Below, piece by piece: positions 56,510-64,000 of a stretch of 64,000 bases of DNA. Every line of letters starts with the position of its first letter. Positions within the stretch are counted from its first letter, which is position 1. Location of the stretch: assembly GCF_009914755.1 (NCBI RefSeq), contig NC_060948.1; one strand, given 5' to 3'. The notes beneath the pieces were generated by a model, which saw nothing but the letters and a program-made list of their open reading frames with translations, had not been told where the DNA came from and did not search any database. This stretch comes from the human T2T-CHM13v2.0 reference genome, Homo sapiens. The position numbers and the translations under genes are program-made.

Positions 56510-59500
56510 GGCCTGGAATAAAGTGGAATGCTACGGTCTCGAATGGAATAAAAATGTATGGAATGGAATGCAATGAAACGGAATCGAATGTCATAGAATG
56601 TAATGGAATGCAAAAAAATGGAATCCAAAATCATTGACTGGAAAGGCTGGGTGTCGAAAGGAATTGACTCCAATGGAATGGAATCGAATGGAATGGAAGT
56701 GAATAGAATCGAACTAAATCGAATGGAATGGAATTGATAGGAACGGAATGGAAAGGAATGCAATGATTTGGCATGGAATGGAATCGAATGGCATCGAATG
56801 GAATGGAATGGAATGCAATGGAATGGAATGTATTAGAATGTAATGAACATTAATGGAATGTACTCGAATGGATTCGACTGGAATGGAATGTTCTGGAAGT
56901 GAATGGACTCCAATGGAATGGATTCGAAAGGAATGGAATCGAACGGAATGGAATCTAATGGAATGGAATTAAATGGAAATGAATCAAATTGAATAGCCGG
57001 AATTGAATTGAATGGAATCGAATGCAATGGAATCTAATGAAACGGAAAGGAAAGGAATGGAATGGAATGGAATGGGCTGGAATGGAAAGGAATCGAAACG
57101 AATGGAATGGAAGCGAACTGAAGAGACTGGAATGGAATGCACTGGAATGGAAGGGATTGTAATGGAAGGTTCTCGAAAATAATGGAAGCAAATGGAATGG
57201 AATTGAATGGAACGGAATAGAGTCGAATGGAATTGAATGGAATGGAATGGACTAGAGTGAAATGGAATCGAACCACAAGGAATGGACAGGAATAGAATGG
57301 TCTCGAATTGAATGGAATCGTATGGAATGGCATCAAACGGAATGGAATGGACAGCCACGGAATGGAATGGACTCGAATGCAATGGAGTCGAAACTTATGG
57401 ACTGGAATAGAATGGACTCGACTGGTACGGACTCCAATGGAATGGAATCGAATGGAAGGGATTCGAACGGAATGGACTCGAAGGGAAAAGACTGCAATGG
57501 AAAGGTCTCGAATGGAATGGAAATTAATGGAATGGAATGGAATCGAATGAAATGGAGTCAAAAGGAATGGAATCGAATGGCAAGAAATCGAATGTAATGG
57601 AATCGCAAGGAATTGATGTGAATGGAACGGAATGGAATGGAATCCAAAGGAATGGAATAGAATGGAATGGAATCGAATGGAAAGGACTCGAATGGAAATC
57701 ACTCGAATAGAATGCAATTTAATAAAATAGGATCAAATGTAATGGAATGGAATGGAAAGGAATCGAAACGAAAGGAATGGAGACAGATGGAATGGAATGG
57801 AACAGAGAGCAATGGTATAGAATGGAATGGAATCATCTGGAATGGAATTGAATGGAATGGAATAATATGAAATGGAATGGAATGGAATGGAATGGAATGC
57901 CCTTGAATTAAATGGACTGGAATGGAATGGACTCGAACAGAGTGGAATGGAAAGTGTTGAGATAGAATGGAATGGACTCCTTTGGAATGCTCTAGTATGC
58001 AATGCAATCGACTGGCAGGGAATCAAAAGGAATGTAATGGAATGGATTGGACTGGAATGCAATGGACTCGAATAGATTGGAAACGGAATGCAAAGGAATG
58101 GAATGGAATAGTATGGAATGGAATGGAAAGGAATGGAGTGGAATAGACTAGAGTGGAATGGAATGGACTGGAAAGCAATGGACTGGAATGGAACTTTCTT
58201 GAATGGACTGGAATCAAACGGAATGGAATGCAATGCAATCAAATGGCATGGAATAAAATAGAATGAAAGAGAATCAAATGGAATTGAATCGAATGGAATC
58301 GAATGGATTGGAAAGGAATAGAATGGAATGGAATGGAATTGACTCAAATGGAATGGACTAGAATGGAATGGATTCGAATGGAAGGCAAAGGAATGGAATC
58401 TATTGGAATGGACTGTAATGGAATGGAATGGAAGGGATTGGAATGGACTCGAATGGAATGGACTGCAATAGAAAGGATTCGAATGGAATGAAAAAGAATT
58501 GAATGGAATAGAACAGAATGGAATCAAATCGAATGAAATGGAATGGAATAGAAAGGAATGGAATGAAATGGAATGGAAAGGATTCGAATGGAATGCAATC
58601 GAATGGAATGGAATCGAACGGAATGGAATAAAATGGAAGAAAACTGGCAAGAAATGGAATCGAAATGAATGGAGTGTTATGGAACGGACTCAAAAGGAAT
58701 TGAATGTAATAGAATGGAGTGGAGTGGACTCGAATATAATGGACTGGAATGGAATGAAATCACATGGAATGGGAACGAATGGAATGGAATGGAAAGGAAT
58801 GGAATCGAATGGAAAGGAATCGAATGGAAGGGAATGAAATTGAATCAACAGGAATGGAAGGGAATAGAATAGACGGTAATGGAATGGACTCGAATAGAAT
58901 GGACACGCATGCTCAAATTGAATGGACTCGAATGGAATGGAAACGAAAGGAATGTCATCGAATGGAATTGAATCGATTGGAATGAAATCGCATAGAATGG
59001 AGTGGAATCAAATGGAATTGAATCGAAAGGAAAGGAAGCGAATGGACTGAAATGAAATGGAATGGAATTGAATGGAAAGTAATGCAATGGAATAGAATGG
59101 AACGAAATTTCACGGAATGGAATCAAACTGAATGGAATCAAATCAATGGAATCAAATCAAATGGAATGGAGTAGATTGGATTGGATGGGATTGGAATGAA
59201 ATGTACTGGAAAGGACTCGAATTTCATGAAACGGAATGGAATGAATTGGAACGGAATGGACTCGAATGGAATGGAATGTCATAGAATGGCATCAAATGGA
59301 ATGGCATCAAATGGAATGGAATCGAATGCAATGGAATGCTATGGAATGGAATGGAATGCATTGGAATGGAATGTCCTCTAATGGAATGGATTCGAGTGGA
59401 ATGGAATCGAATATAATGGAGTCGAATGAAATGGAATTGAAAGGAATGGGATCGAATACAATGGAATATACTGGAATGTAATGTAATGAACTCGAATGTA

Positions 59501-60052
59501 ATCGACTGGAATGGAATGTACATGAATGGAATGTAATCCAATGGAAAGTAATCCAATGGAATAGAATCTAATGCAATAAAATCGACTCAGATAGAGTAGA
59601 ATGTAATGGAATGGAGTGCAGTGCAATGGAATGGAATGGAATGGAATGCAATGGAATGGAATGGAATGGAATGGAATGGAATGGAATGGGATTGAATGGT
59701 ATGGAATGGATAGTAATGGACTGGAGTGAAATGGACTGGAAAGGAATGGACTCAAATTGAAAGGGCTCGAAAGGAATGGAGTCAAATGGAATGGTCTGGA
59801 ATGGAATGAACACGAATGTAATGCAATCCAATAGAATGGAATCGAATGGCATGGAATATAAAGAAATGGAATCGAAGAGAATGGAAACAAATGGAATGGA
59901 ATTGAATGGAATGGAATTGAATGGAATGGGAACGAATGGAGTGAAATTGTATGCAGTAGAAGAGAATAGAATGGAATGCAAGCGAAAGGAAAGGAATGGA
60001 TTGGAATGGAATGGAATTCATTGGAATGGAAGGGAATGTAGTGTAATGGACA
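56510..60052 (+). repeat. DYZ1 unit U17 (3543 bp), chimeric
   Basis: Landmark spacing; 1-bp deletion near 56998 and 15-bp deletion near 59168. Confidence 0.9.
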
Positions 60053-63000
60053 GGCCTGGAATAAAGTGGAATGCTACGGTCTCGAATGGAATAAAAATGT
60101 ATGGAATGGAATGCAATGAAACGGAATCGAATGTCATAGAATGTAATGGAATGCAAAAAAATGGAATCCAAAATCATTGACTGGAAAGGCTGGGTGTCGA
60201 AAGGAATTGACTCCAATGGAATGGAATCGAATGGAATGGAAGTGAATAGAATCGAACTAAATCGAATGGAATGGAATTGATAGGAACGGAATGGAAAGGA
60301 ATGCAATGATTTGGCATGGAATGGAATCGAATGGCATCGAATGGAATGGAATGGAATGCAATGGAATGGAATGTATTAGAATGTAATGAACTTTAATGGA
60401 ATGTACTCGAATGGATTCGACTGGAATGGAATGTTCTGGAAGTGAATGGACTCCAATGGAATGGATTCGAAAGGAATGGAATCGAACGGAATGGAATCTA
60501 ATGGAATGGAATTAAATGGAAATGAATCAAATTGAATAGCACGGAATTGAATTGAATGGAATCGAATGCAATGGAATCTAATGAAACGGAAAGGAAAGGA
60601 ATGGAATGGAATGGAATGGGCTGGAATGGAAAGGAATCGAAACGAATGGAATGGAATCGAACTGAAGAGACTGGAATGGAATGCACTGGAATGGAAGGGA
60701 GTGTAATGGAAGGTTCTCGAAAATAATGGAAGCAAATGGAATGGAATTGAATGGAACGGAATAGAGTCGAATGGAATTGAATGGAATGGAATGGACTAGA
60801 GTGAAATGGAATCGAACCACAAGGAATGGACAGGAATAGAATGGTCTCGAATTGAATGGAATCGTATGGAATGGCATCAAACGGAATGGAATGGACAGCC
60901 ACGGAATGGAATGCACTCGAATGCAATGGAGTCGAAACTTATGGACTGGAATAGAATGGACTCGACTGGTATGGACACCAATGGAATGGAATCGAATGGA
61001 AGGGATTCGAACGGAATGGACTCGAAGGGAAAAGACTGCAATGGAAAGGTCTCGAATGGAATGGAAATTAATGGAATGGAATGGAATCGAATGAAATGGA
61101 GTCAAAAGGAATGGAATCGAATGGCAAGAAATCGAATGTAATGGAATCGCAAGGAATTGATGTGAACGGAACGGAATGGAATGGAATCCAAAGGAATGGA
61201 ATAGAATGGAATGGAATCGAATGGAAAGGACTCGAATGGAAATCACTCGAATAGAATGCAATTTAATAAAATAGGATCAAATGTAATTGAATGGAATGGA
61301 AAGGAATCGAAACGAAAGGAATGGAGACAGATGGAATGGAATGGAACAGGGAGCAATGGTATAGAATGGAATGGAATCATCTGGAATGGAATTGAATGGA
61401 ATGGAATAATATGAAATGGAATGGAATGGAATGCCCTTGAATTAAATGGACTGGAATGGAATGGACTCGAACAGAGTGGAATGGAAAGTGTTGAGATAGA
61501 ATGGAATGGACTCTTTTGGAATGGTCTAGTATGCAATGCAATCGACTGGCAGGGAATCAAAAGGAATGTAATCGAATGGATTAGACTGGAATGCAATGGA
61601 CTCGAATAGATTGGAAACGGAATGCAAAGGAATGGAATGGAATAGTATGGAATGGAATGGAAAGGAATGGAGTGGAATAGACTAGAGTGGAATGGAATGG
61701 ACTGGAAAGCAATGGACTGGAATGGAACTTTCTTGAATGGACTGGAATCAAACGGAATGGAATGCAATGCAATCAAATGGCATGGAATAAAATAGAATGA
61801 AAGAGAATCAAATGGAATTGAATCGAATGGAATCGAATGGATTGGAAAGGAATAGAATGGAATGGAATGGAATGGACTCAAATGGAATGGACTAGAATGG
61901 AATGGATTCGAATGGAAGGCAAAGGAATGGAATCTATTGGAATGGACTGTAATGGAATGGAATGGAAGGGATTGGAATGGACTCGAATGGAATGGACTGC
62001 AATAGAAAGGATTCGAATGGAATGAAAAAGAGTTGAATGGAATAGAACAGAATGGAATCAAATCGAATGAAATGGAATGGAATAGAAAGGAATGGAATGA
62101 AATGGAATGGAAAGGATTCGAATGGAATGCAATCGAATGGAATGGAATCGAACGGAATGGAATAAAATGGAAGAAAACTGGCAAGAAATGGAATCGAAAT
62201 GAATGGAGTGTTATGGAACGGACTCAAAAGGAATTGAATGTAATAGAATGGAGTGGAGTGGACTCGAATATAATGGACTGGAATGGAATGAAATCACATG
62301 GAATGGGAACGAATGGAATGGAATGGAAAGGAATGGAATCGAATGGAAAGGAATCGAATGGAAGGGAATGAAATTGAATCAACAGGAATGGAAGGGAATA
62401 GAATAGACGGTAATGGAATGGACTCGAATAGAATGGACACGAATGCTCAAATTGAATGGACTCGAATGGAATGGAAACGAAAGGAATGTCATCGAATGGA
62501 ATTGAATCGATTGGAATGAAATCGCATAGAATGGAGTGGAATCAAATGGAATTGAATCGAAAGGAAAGGAAGCGAATGGACTGAAATGAAATGGAATGGA
62601 ATTGAATGGAAAGTAATGCAATGGAATAGAATGGAACGAAATTTCACGGAATGGAATCAAACTGAATGGAATCAAATCAATGGAATCAAATCAAATGGAA
62701 TGGAAAGGAATTGAATGGAGTAGATTGGATTGGATGGGATTGGAATGAAATGTACTGGAAAGGACTCGAATTTCATGAAACGGAATGGAATGAATTGGAA
62801 CGGAATGGACTCAAATGGAATGGAATGTCATGGAATGGCATCAAGTGGAATGGCATCAAATGGAATGGAATCGAATGCAATGGAATGCTATCGAATGGAA
62901 TGGAATGCATTGGAATGGAATGTCCTCTAATGGAATGGATTCGAGTGGAATGGAATCGAATATAATGGAGTCGAATGAAAAGGAATTGAAAGGAATGGGA

Positions 63001-63596
63001 TCGAATACAATGGAATATACTGGAATGTAATGTAATGAACTCGAATGTAATTGACTGGAATGGAATGTACATGAATGGAATGTAATCGAATGGAAAGTAA
63101 TCCAATGGAATAGAATCTAATGCAATAAAATCGACTCAGATAGAGTAGAATGTAATGGAATGGAGGGCAGTGCAATGGAATGGAATGGAATGGAATGCAA
63201 TGGAATGGAATGGAATGGAATGGAATGGAATGGGATGGAATGGTATGGAATGGATAGTAATGGACTGGAATGAAATGGACTGGAAAAGAATGGACTCAAA
63301 TTGAAAGGGCTCGAAAGGAATGGAGTCAAATGGAATGGTCTGGAATGGAATGAACACGAATGTAATGCAATCCAATAGAATGGAATCGAATGGCATGGAA
63401 TATAAAGAAATGGAATCGAAGAGAATGGAAACAAATGGAATGGAATTGAATGGAATGGAATTGAATGGAATGGGAACGAATGGAGTGAAATTGTATGCAG
63501 TAGAAGAGAATAGAATGGAATGCAAGCGAAAGGAAAGGAATGGATTGCAATGGAATGGAATTCATTGAAATGGAAGGAAATGTAGTGTAATGGACA
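60053..63596 (+). repeat. DYZ1 unit U18 (3544 bp)
   Basis: Landmark spacing; shares U15/U16 variants. Confidence 0.9.
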
Positions 63597-64000
63597 GGCC
63601 TGGAATAAAGTGGAATGCTACGGTCTCGAATGGAATAAAAATGTATGGAATGGAATGCAATGAAACGGAATCGAATGTCATAGAATGTAATGGAATGCAA
63701 AAAAATGGAATCCAAAATCATTGACTGGAAAGGCTGGGTGTCGAAAGGAATTGACTCCAATGGAATGGAATCGAATGGAATGGAAGTGAATAGAATCGAA
63801 CTAAATCGAATGGAATGGAATTGATAGGAACGGAATGGAAAGGAATGCAATGATTTGGCATGGAATGGAATCGAATGGCATCGAATGGAATGGAATGGAA
63901 TGCAATGGAATGGAATGTATTAGAATGTAATGAACATTAATGGAATGTACTCGAATGGATTCGACTGGAATGGAATGTTCTGGAAGTGAATGGACTCCAA

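Larger units (their letters stand above)
1..64000 (+). repeat. DYZ1: Human satellite III (HSat3) array, DYZ1 family (Yq12 heterochromatin), GGAAT strand; ~3.55-kb higher-order unit built from diverged GGAAT pentamers
   Basis: Seen: continuous GGAAT/CGAAT/GGACT-type pentamers, with unique landmarks recurring every 3497-3579 bp (one unit of 3114 bp). There is one HaeIII GGCC and one EcoRI GAATTC (e.g. 92-97) per consensus unit. Knowledge (from memory): the reverse complement CCTGTCCATTACACTACATTCCCTTCCATTCCAATGAATTCC matches the start of the classic 3564-bp DYZ1 HaeIII unit. Confidence 0.95.

Noticed and set aside
4-63850. Hundreds of ORFs (MEWNG- or FHSIP-rich, up to 316 aa, e.g. 1311-2261 on the minus strand)
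   Set aside because: These are direct translations of (GGAAT)n/(ATTCC)n, which lacks stop codons. They recur with the unit and are freely frameshifted between copies, with no domain-like content.
1-64000. CRISPR-like or phage/prokaryotic repeat system
   Set aside because: There are no unique spacers, cas-like ORFs or non-satellite sequence; the intervals between landmarks are themselves near-identical repeats.
1-64000. DYZ2 (HSat1B)/Alu insertion, L1, or strand inversion
   Set aside because: I saw no AT-rich or Alu segment and no switch to ATTCC on the + strand anywhere.
1-64000. Assignment to HSat2, chr9 HSat3 or telomeric repeat
   Set aside because: The period is ~3.55 kb with DYZ1 landmark sequence; there is no dominant CATTCGATTC HSat2 pattern and no TTAGGG.

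Overview
The whole 64-kb window is one uninterrupted, single-orientation tandem array of degenerate (GGAAT)n pentamers with a ~3.55-kb higher-order unit. It is human satellite III (HSat3), almost certainly DYZ1, the Yq12 3.4/3.56-kb HaeIII repeat, read on its GGAAT strand. Using the once-per-unit GGACAGGCCTGG landmark (GGCC at 131, 3679, 7223, 10781, 14344, 17901, 21464, 25018, 28597, 32136, 35660, 38774, 42317, 45814, 49373, 52941, 56510, 60053, 63597), there are 18 complete units (U1-U18) plus two partial ends. I find no credible genes, RNA genes, transposons, DYZ2/Alu inserts or inversions, and all ORFs are artefacts of the pentamer. I do not see a new protein-coding system. The points of interest are structural or regulatory: (i) two invariant and one polymorphic perfect nGAAn-nTTCn-nGAAn heat-shock elements per unit; (ii) one 3114-bp unit with an in-register 440-bp deletion; (iii) spatially clustered unit subfamilies with chimeric junction units; (iv) a hypervariable pure (GGAAT)n tract; (v) a few private restriction-site variants. 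All comparisons were made by eye, not by alignment.
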